From IMG/VR virus record IMGVR_UViG_3300026290_000007: 64,000 bases of DNA, one strand, 5' to 3'. The notes beneath the pieces were generated by a model, which did no database searches, had not been told where the DNA came from, and saw only the letters and a list, made by a program, of their open reading frames with translations. Origin of the DNA: a virus. Shown here one piece after another: positions 22,760-32,940 of this stretch. Made by a program: the position numbers and the translations under genes. Position 1 is the stretch's first letter. Each line of letters opens with the position of its first letter.

Positions 22760-24871
22760 TTAGGTCACCCTTACCTTGTAATAGTTTAGCTTCGGAGTAA
22801 GACTTGGATCCGAACTTCTAGATAGCTCTGCTTTAAAACGAACAATATTAGAGTAGCCCTGATCTATTGTGAAGTTGTATGAGAATGAATACCTCGCACC
22901 TTGTGATTTTTGATACTCGCCAATTAAGATTAGATTGTCAGGGGTAACTGTGTATTTCTCTGTATCCTTTTCATATACATTGTACAGATAATCAAATAAT
23001 GGCACATAAGTCATAGGTTCTTGATCTACTCTTACTATCTTACTAAGAGATAGTGGATATATTCCTAAGTTTAATGTGGTCTGACTATTGTCGGGCTTAT
23101 AGGCAAGTATTGTAATCGTGTTCCATCCATCTGTAAACGGCCAGTTAACTGTGATAGTTTTACTAGGAGTTAAGTAATGATCAGTTGTTATTGGCATTCC
23201 GTTTACTAGGATGTGTATATTTAGTTTAAAATCTTGCAGATTTGACGTCGCTCTTATAACAGAGGCAAGAGGCTTTCTGGCATTTTCCATAAAGATTGAA
23301 GTAGTAATCCTGTAGTTGTACTTAGATTCTGCACTGGAAAATACAATGGTATTATTGGCATCTGCGTATCTTGTAGTGATAACTCCCTTTTGCTTAGTGT
23401 TGGGATCAACTGGAAGATCAATCCAATCAGCTCCGCCAGGTATATGTTGTTCTTCGTCGCTAGGATCATTGATAAAAGACTCTATTCGGAACTGCTTAAT
23501 CCCCTTATACAATGAAGGAGTATTACTTCCGTATATTATTTGAGTGCCTTGAGGAATGGCGGTTCCAGTTTCAAAATGGTAAAACTTTAAACCATTAAAT
23601 GTTTCTTTGTCACCATCATAGTACTGAACTGCATTTACAGCAAGCAGATTATCGATTGGATGAGTACTAGACATTGACTTTAAATCCACAATCTTAGGGA
23701 ACACTCCTGTGTCTCTATCGATTGGAGTTATAGGTTGCCAGTTAAGAGTTTCTCCTGAGCTCTTTTGAAGAGCAACATAGTAATTAATCTCAGTTCCTTG
23801 AGGAACATCATCTGTCACTTCTATACTTAGTTGATCAATCGACACAGGATTACCTTGGCGATCTTTAATTGTTAATTCTTTTGACACAAACTCAGCAACG
23901 TCTTCAAATCCTATCTTGAGTAAACTGATATTAGTAATACCAACATAATAAACGTAGTATTGTTCTCCATTTGGCCCAGACTCTGTTTCGTCGAATTTGG
24001 CTTTGGTAAGAACTATTTCTAATCCTTTAAACCATGCCCTAGAGAAATCGTATGCCATCGTTTCTTGAGCAAAAGAATTGCCGAGTTCTCTCCAGTTTAA
24101 GTTGTCCTCTGTATACCTAATAGTAAAATGTGTCTTTTCTGTCACATGAGGATTGACAACAAGACGGGTTACTTCACTTCCATCAAGAACAATCCTAACA
24201 GAGTACTTGAATTCAATCTCTTTGTCTGTGACAACACGCAACACCCAGGCTGTATTTGTTGTGTCGTCTAGAATATTAGCCAAGGGTTGCATCTCTGTAA
24301 TTGATATAACATTGTCAGCAACAAGAGGATCCCCAGAGATTTCGCTCTGGCTAAGATCTATCTTGACATTGCCAGTTTTGGCATGTGGCAAACTGACGTG
24401 ACCGAGCTTAAGATCAACCCAAGCAGTGGTTTGACCAGTGTCGATCTGATTTAGGTTGCGGAAGTTGTCATATACAGAATACAAATAACCATCTGCGTTT
24501 TCATTTAACAGAAGCAGTTCTTCGATCTTGTCTTCAAGCTCTCCAAGATTTCTTTCGAGTCTTCTTTTCTCTGTCTCAAAATAGTCAAAATCATTGATAA
24601 TGCGTTCTACTTGCTCTGAATTTTCTTCATAAAGAACAGTAATGTCTGTATCTAGTTCTTCAACTGTATCATTCCAATCTTGAGGAACAGATCGTCCTCG
24701 ATATGGAGCAGGCCTAAACTTAGTAATTGGCTTACCAATCATGCTCCCATCAACTATAATTTCGGCCACCATTGTCATCAATTGATCTACTGTAAGGATA
24801 ACGCCCTCTCGATATGCCTCTTCAAGAATCTTATTTGTAATTGTCTCTATCTGCTTTTTAGGAATACTCAT
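22760..24871 (-). CDS. large fibre/baseplate-associated structural protein
   Basis: 703 aa. 'YRGRSVPQDWN', coiled coil 'RRLERNLGELEDKIEELLL', 'ILDDTTNTAWVLRV', beta-rich remainder. Confidence 0.5.
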   Translation of the reverse strand: MSIPKKQIETITNKILEEAYREGVILTVDQLMTMVAEIIVDGSMIGKPITKFRPAPYRGRSVPQDWNDTVEELDTDITVLYEENSEQVERIINDFDYFETEKRRLERNLGELEDKIEELLLLNENADGYLYSVYDNFRNLNQIDTGQTTAWVDLKLGHVSLPHAKTGNVKIDLSQSEISGDPLVADNVISITEMQPLANILDDTTNTAWVLRVVTDKEIEFKYSVRIVLDGSEVTRLVVNPHVTEKTHFTIRYTEDNLNWRELGNSFAQETMAYDFSRAWFKGLEIVLTKAKFDETESGPNGEQYYVYYVGITNISLLKIGFEDVAEFVSKELTIKDRQGNPVSIDQLSIEVTDDVPQGTEINYYVALQKSSGETLNWQPITPIDRDTGVFPKIVDLKSMSSTHPIDNLLAVNAVQYYDGDKETFNGLKFYHFETGTAIPQGTQIIYGSNTPSLYKGIKQFRIESFINDPSDEEQHIPGGADWIDLPVDPNTKQKGVITTRYADANNTIVFSSAESKYNYRITTSIFMENARKPLASVIRATSNLQDFKLNIHILVNGMPITTDHYLTPSKTITVNWPFTDGWNTITILAYKPDNSQTTLNLGIYPLSLSKIVRVDQEPMTYVPLFDYLYNVYEKDTEKYTVTPDNLILIGEYQKSQGARYSFSYNFTIDQGYSNIVRFKAELSRSSDPSLTPKLNYYKVRVT

Positions 24872-26835
24872 TCTGTAGCGTCAACCTCCTTGGTAACAAT
24901 TCTAATCTGATAATCATAAATGACAGGTGTCATAGTGTCAAGGCTTCGCGGTCTTGAGATCTCGGCCATTAGCTTGATGCTTGTTGGTATTTGATCGACC
25001 TTTATGAATGTTTTTCTAGCAACCTGATCTTCCATGTCAGTAGTAACAAAAGATATTACTTTAGATGGAAAGTTTGTCTCTCCATAAACTGGAGATCTTT
25101 CAAGTGGGGATATAGCAGTCCAGGTTGTGCCGTTATCATGTGACAAATAATATCGAATAAAAGTATTTTTCTTAGTCAGATTATCTTTAAAGAACTCATC
25201 AGGTATAAGCTCTGATACTGATAGACTTACTTCTTTAACGCCTTTTTGTACCTGGAAATTCGTCGAGACAAATACGTTATTTTCTTCATAGGTATTCGTA
25301 TTTATGTCAAGGTTTCTGCAACCAAAAAGCCATCTCCATGCTTTGTCGTCGCCTTCATACCCATCTATGCCGACTCTACTTTTTTGATTGACTATTTCTT
25401 TTTTGGTGCTCCATAGTCCGCCGAGAACACTTCCTAGGGCTGCTCCTAAGATACCGCCACCCGCCCCAAGAATTGCTCCTAGCGTAGACTTATCTTTATA
25501 GCTTAATAGTCCTGTTTTATCGATCTGTCCTTCAACGCGCTCAACGTAATGTTTTTCTGATGAAGATTTTTTCCAGAGTCGTTTCTTGGTAGTTTTAATA
25601 TCGTATTCAATCTCGAAGAAGATGTGTCCAATGGCAGGAAAGTAAGGCCGCTCAACTGTGAATTCAAAGCGAACATACTCGGCATCACGATCTGGAAATG
25701 TCCAAGTCCCATGTCCCTTGAATTTTTCTCGATCTTTAAAATCAACCCCAGGCATAGTTTCTGCGCCAATACGAGTACCGCGGTCTCCAGGATCAAGAAC
25801 GGTTACGTAATCTCCAGCATTGTTTAAAGAAGTCTTGATGTCGTTAACTTTTATGTAGCATCTTGAATCGGGAAAATAAGGAAAGAAATCAATCCAGTTT
25901 ATTTTACACTTTTCCTCTAGTTTTACAATTATGTCTACATTCATATAGTCGCGGTTTTTATCTCCTTGGTACAAAGGAGATCCGTCTTGCCATTTCCATC
26001 CATATCCAAGCGTATCAGGATCAGCGCCAGGCTTTTTGAGATCTTCACGAACATTGATAAGTTGATGCTCATACCACGTTTGGGCTTTGCCGTCAAGCAT
26101 TGTAGAAGGATCATCGTGGGGATCTTTGGAATACAAAAGCTCCCATTCTTCTTTTGGCCCGCTTGTAGTTCCACTCATGAAAGTACCTATTTCGATATTT
26201 TGCTGAGTGCCCTTCTTTTCCAAACATAGAAAATTACCAGGCATTGCCGCCTCTGGAGTAGATCTTACACTGATTACCTTGGCTGACTTACTTCTGTTTA
26301 TCTGGCCATTAACCTTTAATGTTACAACGCCAGATCTGATATCTAGATTTGCAGGATTACCAATAAGATCTAGGTCTGCCTTATTAGCATCAATAAAACT
26401 GTCTTGGATTACATAGTTTCTACTTAGGGCATTCTTGGCTGTTACTACGTAGTCATTGACCTTTTCTCCAATATATTTTATCCGATTCCTAAGACGAATC
26501 CTTTCAGTCGTAGACCAGTTGAAATTCTGCACAAACGAATCCCCAAGCAGCTTTTGTTCATCGTCCATTAATCTTAAGTCGTTATACAGTTCAATAAAAG
26601 AATTGTTTATGTCAGCGGAACATGGAGGCGACCCGTCGTAGACATGCCTCTTTTTGAAAGTCGGTCTTCCAAGCGTAAGAAAAAAATTCTTAATCGAAGC
26701 GAGCCACTCTCGCATTATCGTTGCTTGATCTTTAGTGACTGAATCTTCTAAAATTTTTTCTTGTGTTTTAGTGGCAAACTGTTGTGCTCTGATTGTTAGA
26801 AATTTACTAGGACTCCGTAATAAATCTTTATTCAC
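24868..26835 (-). CDS. large structural protein with internal glycine-zipper hydrophobic segment
   Basis: 655 aa. 'MLDGKAQTWYEHQL' and 'TLGAILGAGGGILGAALGSVLGGLW' (aa 451-475). GTG start after GAGGAGG. Confidence 0.5.
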   Translation of the reverse strand: MNKDLLRSPSKFLTIRAQQFATKTQEKILEDSVTKDQATIMREWLASIKNFFLTLGRPTFKKRHVYDGSPPCSADINNSFIELYNDLRLMDDEQKLLGDSFVQNFNWSTTERIRLRNRIKYIGEKVNDYVVTAKNALSRNYVIQDSFIDANKADLDLIGNPANLDIRSGVVTLKVNGQINRSKSAKVISVRSTPEAAMPGNFLCLEKKGTQQNIEIGTFMSGTTSGPKEEWELLYSKDPHDDPSTMLDGKAQTWYEHQLINVREDLKKPGADPDTLGYGWKWQDGSPLYQGDKNRDYMNVDIIVKLEEKCKINWIDFFPYFPDSRCYIKVNDIKTSLNNAGDYVTVLDPGDRGTRIGAETMPGVDFKDREKFKGHGTWTFPDRDAEYVRFEFTVERPYFPAIGHIFFEIEYDIKTTKKRLWKKSSSEKHYVERVEGQIDKTGLLSYKDKSTLGAILGAGGGILGAALGSVLGGLWSTKKEIVNQKSRVGIDGYEGDDKAWRWLFGCRNLDINTNTYEENNVFVSTNFQVQKGVKEVSLSVSELIPDEFFKDNLTKKNTFIRYYLSHDNGTTWTAISPLERSPVYGETNFPSKVISFVTTDMEDQVARKTFIKVDQIPTSIKLMAEISRPRSLDTMTPVIYDYQIRIVTKEVDATE

Positions 26836-26847
26836 CTAAATTCCTCC

Positions 26848-29361
26848 TCACACAAGAACTTTAAACTTAAGACTATACCAGTCAACTTTTGGACTGTAAG
26901 TAGCTTCTGTTCGATATGTTCTACGCATAATAATTTTAACTCTGACACCTGAAACAAGATACTCATATTCAACTTTAACAATTGCATTTCCATGACTGTC
27001 AGAATAATTGTCGATAGGCCCATCGTGCCTGAAAGTCTCTGGCAGATAAACTCTTTTGCCGATATGATAATACTCAAAAGTAGGAATAACGTCTGTTTTG
27101 ATATAAGGATTCAATATGGGGATATCACTTGAAAAATAATCGGTAACGTTAAGGCATCTAGCAAGAGGCTTGTTCTCTATATCTGTACTAGGATCTCGAT
27201 AGGACGCAATTGGAGAAGTAATAATTTTTGTTGAGCCTTCAATCCTGTGAATGCTAGAATTTAATTCATGCTCTGCTGGATTAAGCACTATCTTAATAGG
27301 GTTATAAGAATAGTCTTGGGTAAGCGAACCATTTCCTGTTCTTGTAGCAAGTTTAGATCTGTTCACGTATGGATAATAGGTCAACTTGGCAGAACAGTTT
27401 TTATCGATTATGTTCTCACCTTCGCCGTTGAAGTATTCGGTAATAACCTTTGGAGGCCTTGATCCATCATCGGGCGGAGTAAAATCAATTTCGTGAACGC
27501 TGCCTGTGGATTCATCTGGAGTATAGTCTATTGTGTATATAGATGAGGGATCCCAATAAGGAGGGTATATTTTAATCCGTTTGTTTCCTGTCATTAGTTC
27601 CCAGTAACCAGGGAGCAACGGAAACTCGTCTTTGTATACCTTTATATCTTTGCTATCATCTGCCATAAACCTTAAGTCTGCTTCGCCTATTGCTTTGTCT
27701 GGGAACAACAACATCTCATTGTTTACAGACACTTGAGTTGTCGGCAATATAGGAGTCCATCCATCTGAGTCATTAGAACAGATATAATATTCAATACTTG
27801 TGCGTCGCAGATCTTCACCAGTAGTTATTAATGTTCCTGAAGAGTTATAGGCTTTTTTCTTAAGATTATTTCCACTAGCCAATGTAAAAGTCGGATGCCA
27901 TTCTTCTACTTCAAGAGCAACTTTTTGAATGTTGCCATTTACGCTATGAGGTTTGGATACATAAATTCCTGTCGAATTGTATTCTTGGCCTCTTACTTCG
28001 ATCTCATATGCTCCAAGTACGTATTCGTACTTTTCTACTTGAACACGCTTTGGTTTGGCCCTGGACGCTATTAGATCATAGAAATAGGAATCAGCTTTAA
28101 ATTCTGCTTTCTTAACTTCTACCAAGTATTGTTGCCATCGAATGTCAAATTCATCAACCTTATCTTGTGACAATGTAGGGTTTATCGTAATTGGATCTTC
28201 GTCAACCCAAACAGTACCTAGTGTTGTGCTTTTTTCGGCAGCCGCAATTTTGTTCCACATAGCTCTGTCGTTGCGTTGTTCTTGGGTCACGGTATAGTAG
28301 TTCTTATGAGCACTCGTCTGTCTGATTATAACAAATAGAGACTTTGCTGTTACACCAGGGAAATCTATTGTGATTCCTTTGTCGGTAATAATTGGATTAT
28401 CGGGATCATACGGAATTGGATATCCAGAAATATAATCACTATCATCGACAGAATAGGCTACCGTGACTATCTCGATAGGGAATTCGCAGTAAGGTTTAAA
28501 ACCGAAACTGCTGACAGTGGATGGTGTTGGGAATGTAATCTTTAGCTTGCATAGAGCGCCACCAGTGAGAGTAACACTATCATTGACAACCATAGGGACT
28601 TGTAAAACTCCGTCGGCTAAAATAACTTCTCCCCAGAATGTATCATGTCTTCCGTCTATGGCTCGATCTGGAATATACCTTGGGTCTTTATCAGAAAAGC
28701 CCTCACCTACTTGTTCGACTATAGAGATCTCAGCTAAGGTGGCTCCCGTACTGGTGTGGAGTCTGTCATAATTACTTGTTGTACCAAGCTTCAATGTGCC
28801 TTCGAGTTTATCAACGACACAATTAAATGAAGATGAAATAGGAGTTCCATCCCTGTCTACGAACAACGACCCAAATGTCTCACGGTCTGCTTCAAATAAG
28901 GATTCGTCAGCAAAGTTTTCTTTGCTGGCAGTTCCGTAGCCTTCTACGTTGTCTGCCAGCAAATTCATTGAGTCTATCCTTGCTTCTAGTCTCTTTATAT
29001 CTTTTTCCAAATTGGCCACGATTGACTTGTTTAGTTGTTGATGATTAGTGATCAACGCATCAAGCAAATTGGATTCTTCGTATAAGGTTTTTAAGTCTTC
29101 GATAACTTCAGACATGGTTAAGTTATAACTATCGGAGTTGGTTTGTCCGCCTTCCTCTTGAAGCCTTAGCTTCATTGTCATTCTGCCTTGACCAAGCTGA
29201 GCCATCATTTCACGAATTTGTTCTTCGAGTTGACCCTCGGCTGTTAGGTCTGTGCCTTGGGTTACGGGAACAGCCCCTACATTTAGAAAACCCTGAAGTC
29301 GCTCTTTCTGGGATTCTGGTAAAAGTGCCTCGTAGTTTTCGATATAGTTTTTCACGGACAC
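26848..29361 (-). CDS. large fibre/baseplate-associated structural protein (coiled coil plus discoidin-like domain)
   Basis: 837 aa. 'LEKDIKRLEARIDSMNLL' and 'PDRAIDGRHDTFWGEVI'. GTG start. Confidence 0.5.
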   Translation of the reverse strand: MSVKNYIENYEALLPESQKERLQGFLNVGAVPVTQGTDLTAEGQLEEQIREMMAQLGQGRMTMKLRLQEEGGQTNSDSYNLTMSEVIEDLKTLYEESNLLDALITNHQQLNKSIVANLEKDIKRLEARIDSMNLLADNVEGYGTASKENFADESLFEADRETFGSLFVDRDGTPISSSFNCVVDKLEGTLKLGTTSNYDRLHTSTGATLAEISIVEQVGEGFSDKDPRYIPDRAIDGRHDTFWGEVILADGVLQVPMVVNDSVTLTGGALCKLKITFPTPSTVSSFGFKPYCEFPIEIVTVAYSVDDSDYISGYPIPYDPDNPIITDKGITIDFPGVTAKSLFVIIRQTSAHKNYYTVTQEQRNDRAMWNKIAAAEKSTTLGTVWVDEDPITINPTLSQDKVDEFDIRWQQYLVEVKKAEFKADSYFYDLIASRAKPKRVQVEKYEYVLGAYEIEVRGQEYNSTGIYVSKPHSVNGNIQKVALEVEEWHPTFTLASGNNLKKKAYNSSGTLITTGEDLRRTSIEYYICSNDSDGWTPILPTTQVSVNNEMLLFPDKAIGEADLRFMADDSKDIKVYKDEFPLLPGYWELMTGNKRIKIYPPYWDPSSIYTIDYTPDESTGSVHEIDFTPPDDGSRPPKVITEYFNGEGENIIDKNCSAKLTYYPYVNRSKLATRTGNGSLTQDYSYNPIKIVLNPAEHELNSSIHRIEGSTKIITSPIASYRDPSTDIENKPLARCLNVTDYFSSDIPILNPYIKTDVIPTFEYYHIGKRVYLPETFRHDGPIDNYSDSHGNAIVKVEYEYLVSGVRVKIIMRRTYRTEATYSPKVDWYSLKFKVLV

Positions 29362-29397
29362 ACTTCCTTTTTGTTAACTACTTAATATTATATTCGT

Positions 29398-32300
29398 TTA
29401 AATGTTAAACACCGTATATATAATTTGCGAACCCTGAACAATATTCGCAGCAAACGAAATAGTTGTAGCGTCTATCTCTGAATAGCTAGAATTTGACATC
29501 AGCTTACCATCTAAGAATACTTGAAGATTATTAGAACCAGGAACGTACACTAGCCCTCCAGGGATAACATGGTAAGTTCCACTCGTTATTTCTTCCATGA
29601 CTGCTTCTTCATATCTACTTATTGAAATAACATAAGGAGTGGTAGGAGTTGCAGACTCATACGGCGTGGCTGCTTGTTCAACTAGATCATTGACTGTTGA
29701 TTGGATCTGACTCATGTCGTATTGAAGATTTGAAACATCTACTGTAATGGTTGTAACATCTTGTTGTAAAGTATCGATATCACTTTCAGTAGAAGACATT
29801 CTTAACTGCAGGTCAAGTATGTTTGTCTGATCGGTTCCGATATCTCCCTGAAGATCATCTATGTGACTTTCTATGGTACCCAAGTTCAAATGAACTGCTG
29901 TTGAATCCAATTGTAACTCAGCCACATCCGACTGCAGAACGCCGATATTGTACATTGAATTGTTTGCATCTAACCTGAGCAGTGGGATGTCTATTCCACA
30001 AACACTCACAGCTTGAATCGAAGATACTTCAAGAGATCCATAAATCCAGACGTTTTTGGCAAAATATGCATTGCCAGGTTCACTATCTAAAAACATTGGC
30101 GTTGAAGAGCTGGCAAATAGAATATGCCAGTCATTATAATTCCCGCCTACATATAAGTTCTTTGCCGCCAATCCTTTTGGAACCCTAATGGTTTCGATAA
30201 TAGGTTCTAAAGGAGTCGTCGGTGTTGTAGGCGTGGTTGGAGTAGAATCTTCCTCTGGAGTAGTTGAATCTTCATCAGGTGTAGCTGATTCGTCTACAGG
30301 AGTTGTGGGCTCATAAGGAGTTGCAGGTTCGTAAGGAGTTGCAGGTTCGTAAGGAGTCACAGCAATTTCCTCTACACCATAAACGGCAAGGAAGTCGTCC
30401 CACATGTTAAGATCGATGCCTGGTGTGTTTAGCTTAAGATGCCCACTAATAGTGATGTCATCGGCCAACAAATCTCCAGTTACCTCAAGAGGCTGTATCC
30501 CGTAAGACATTTCCATCCATGGACTTTCATGTAAATCTCTATCGACTGTCCTTATTCGGTACTTGTACCAGCTGGTCACGTATACTTGTAAATCTACAAG
30601 AACTTCAGCTTTGACAGTGGTTAACGGTTGCCAATTGGTGTAAGTAATATCGTCAAAAGATTCGGCTCTTTCTATTTCATAATATAGAAAATCTTTTTCT
30701 TGGGCTCTGTTCCATACACCAACAATCATCCTTACCAAAGGAGTAACAACAAATGTGGCATTCGGAGACGGGATAGACTGATCTTTTGGAGTCGATATGG
30801 CTGTCTCTTGTTTTATGCTTTCGTTTCCTAACCTGTCAATAGCGCTAACAGATATAGAATATACCGTTCCAGTTCTTAGATTGGAAATTCTAAAAGACTT
30901 GACATTGTAATTAGGATCCTCTGGATCAACAATTTCTGGGAAGTCAGGATTATAATCTGTGGTAAAAACACAAGGGAACCCTGCGTCCACTTCTACGTCT
31001 TTAATATAGATTCTAAAACATGCTGGGTCTGTATAAGGAGAATCATCTTCTTTTTCGGTTGGAATAGTCCAGCTGACTACGGCCTCTGCAGTATCATGGC
31101 CATGAGTCTGCTTCAGTTCGACAGAATGGATTAGGTTCGTCGGAGACTTTGGCGCAGTGTTATTAAACTTAACCGCAGTAAGTGAGTTATCTTTTAACGC
31201 CGAAGGTTCAAGTCCAGTAGGAGTAATTATATAACCAAGATCCGCACCATTCGAAAAAGTTCTAATCCCGCTACCGTCGATCACTACTTCATCAGAAATA
31301 GTTTCTTGTGCTCTAATCCCTGTTGAATTTATTACAACTTTCTTGCCTTCACTGAATCCAGTTGCGATGTCAATCTTTCCATTGGGGATATATAATCCGT
31401 CTTTGTCGATTCTTAAAGCAAGAGTGTCAGCGTGACCTCCGCCAAGAGCTAGCCTATCAGCATAGGTAGTAAGAACTCCGCCGCTTAAGATGAATAACGA
31501 TCTATTAATCTCGCCCGCAGCGCCAGATGGATAACTATCCAATGTGTTCTCGGCAAAGATACTGCTAGAGTCTATTAGCCATCCACCCAGACTACCACTG
31601 GTTCCTGTAAGCGAGCCTACAAACTCACCCTCAAGATATACGTCTTTTGCAGCTAAGTATCCATCATTAGATAAATAGAGGCGATATGCTTCATCACTAA
31701 CTGGCCCGAAGATACCCGATCCCAAACATATGCTGCCGTGTTTAAAACTGATTCCGCTAGAACTTATAACTGAATTGCCAGCTGTTATCTGTCTTAGTGA
31801 CCCATTAAACTTTAAGTTGGGATCCCCACCTATTGTCACTGTTCCAACAACGTTACCAGAGGTCATATTTATTTGGCCAGTAACAATAGCATTTGTACAT
31901 TGAAGATTGCCATTGTTGAGATTGAATTTGCCCCCACCAAGAGACAAGTTCAGGATACTAAAACTAGGCCCCGTTGGAGTGAATGTAACTCCTGGCAAGA
32001 CAAGCTGCCCTTGTCCAGACATTTCAACGATACCAGTTATTGTACCGCTGGTGATGTTAACTTCTCCAGTAACACTTGCTTTCTTGGCATAAAGAAACCC
32101 ATCTCTGTTTAAGCTCCATCCAGTTGTTGATGATCCGAAACCGTTTACATATATACCATTAAGGCTGATCTGGGCCCCGCCTACGATACCTGCGTAAAGC
32201 TCGAAATCTCCAGAGCTTACTGTGACTTTACCAGTTATATCAACATCTGTAGCTGTTAGCTTTCCTGTATAGTCTACAGAAAACTTTGTACCTATGTTGA

Positions 32301-32922
32301 TAGTTCCTTGATTAAAACTAAATGATGAACTTGTCAGCTCATTTGTACCAGCAACAATCTTTCCTAATGATCCGATTACAAGTTCTTTGGTTCCACCTTT
32401 AAGCACTATACCTGTTGACCCACCGACGTTTACATCCCCGAGGATGTTGCCACTTTCAACCGTAACTGTGCCAGTAAATTGGCTACCAGTTAAAGCGTTG
32501 ACATTGCCCCTTACTGTCACATGGCCGTTATTATCTACTAACAAATTAACATTGGTTCCATCAGTGCATAACAGCCCGTGCAATCCTGTGTTGTACTCGC
32601 CTAGTTTGATAATTTCTATATCATTGACTCCACGGATTTTAATTCCTCCACTTGAGCCAAATGTTAAAATTCCATCTATTGCGGCATTTCCTGCTACGCC
32701 AAAAGTTCCAGAAAGAGATATATCTCTGATGGACGCGTCTGATGTTGAAATTAACTTAGACGCGTCCAACGAAGATATACTGCTATCTGAAAGTATTATC
32801 TTTCCTGTCCCTGAATCAATATCAATAGCAGATTCAATATTGTTGATAGCCGCATATATACTATTTATCTCTGTATGGATTAATGTATCTAGATAATTCT
32901 TTAGCTGAAAATTAGTAGCCAT
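29398..32922 (-). CDS. tail fibre protein (beta-solenoid repeats, 2 FN3 modules, TP-rich linker, coiled coil, C-terminal knob)
   Basis: 1,174 aa. N-half has repeated 'G.V.V.G...(T/S)G' strands. FN3 signatures 'VVSWTIP...YSISVSAIDRLGNES' and 'YKYRIRTVDRDLHES'. '(V/A)TPYEP' x3 plus 'TPTTPTTPTTP'. Heptad region 'DIDTLQQDVTTITVDVSNLQYDMSQIQSTVNDLVEQ'. Confidence 0.7.
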   Translation of the reverse strand: MATNFQLKNYLDTLIHTEINSIYAAINNIESAIDIDSGTGKIILSDSSISSLDASKLISTSDASIRDISLSGTFGVAGNAAIDGILTFGSSGGIKIRGVNDIEIIKLGEYNTGLHGLLCTDGTNVNLLVDNNGHVTVRGNVNALTGSQFTGTVTVESGNILGDVNVGGSTGIVLKGGTKELVIGSLGKIVAGTNELTSSSFSFNQGTINIGTKFSVDYTGKLTATDVDITGKVTVSSGDFELYAGIVGGAQISLNGIYVNGFGSSTTGWSLNRDGFLYAKKASVTGEVNITSGTITGIVEMSGQGQLVLPGVTFTPTGPSFSILNLSLGGGKFNLNNGNLQCTNAIVTGQINMTSGNVVGTVTIGGDPNLKFNGSLRQITAGNSVISSSGISFKHGSICLGSGIFGPVSDEAYRLYLSNDGYLAAKDVYLEGEFVGSLTGTSGSLGGWLIDSSSIFAENTLDSYPSGAAGEINRSLFILSGGVLTTYADRLALGGGHADTLALRIDKDGLYIPNGKIDIATGFSEGKKVVINSTGIRAQETISDEVVIDGSGIRTFSNGADLGYIITPTGLEPSALKDNSLTAVKFNNTAPKSPTNLIHSVELKQTHGHDTAEAVVSWTIPTEKEDDSPYTDPACFRIYIKDVEVDAGFPCVFTTDYNPDFPEIVDPEDPNYNVKSFRISNLRTGTVYSISVSAIDRLGNESIKQETAISTPKDQSIPSPNATFVVTPLVRMIVGVWNRAQEKDFLYYEIERAESFDDITYTNWQPLTTVKAEVLVDLQVYVTSWYKYRIRTVDRDLHESPWMEMSYGIQPLEVTGDLLADDITISGHLKLNTPGIDLNMWDDFLAVYGVEEIAVTPYEPATPYEPATPYEPTTPVDESATPDEDSTTPEEDSTPTTPTTPTTPLEPIIETIRVPKGLAAKNLYVGGNYNDWHILFASSSTPMFLDSEPGNAYFAKNVWIYGSLEVSSIQAVSVCGIDIPLLRLDANNSMYNIGVLQSDVAELQLDSTAVHLNLGTIESHIDDLQGDIGTDQTNILDLQLRMSSTESDIDTLQQDVTTITVDVSNLQYDMSQIQSTVNDLVEQAATPYESATPTTPYVISISRYEEAVMEEITSGTYHVIPGGLVYVPGSNNLQVFLDGKLMSNSSYSEIDATTISFAANIVQGSQIIYTVFNI
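30307..30360 (-). repeat. 3 x 18-nt tandem repeat inside the fibre gene
   Basis: ggctcataaggagttgca / ggttcgtaaggagttgca / ggttcgtaaggagtcaca (plus strand). Encodes VTPYEP-ATPYEP-ATPYEP. Confidence 0.85.
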
Positions 32923-32940
32923 TCTGGTTCATTCATCTCC

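Noticed and set aside
26832-27077. 81-aa minus-strand ORF overlapping the 3' end of the 837-aa gene in another frame
   Set aside because: It is fully nested except for 16 nt and has no SD. The junction is already explained by the GTG start at 26835 after GAGGAGG.
32387-32896. 169-aa plus-strand ORF antisense to the 1,174-aa fibre gene
   Set aside because: It is Pro/Leu/Ser/Thr-rich low-complexity translation of the antisense of a Gly/Thr/Val-repeat region. It has no SD and lies wholly inside a well-supported gene.
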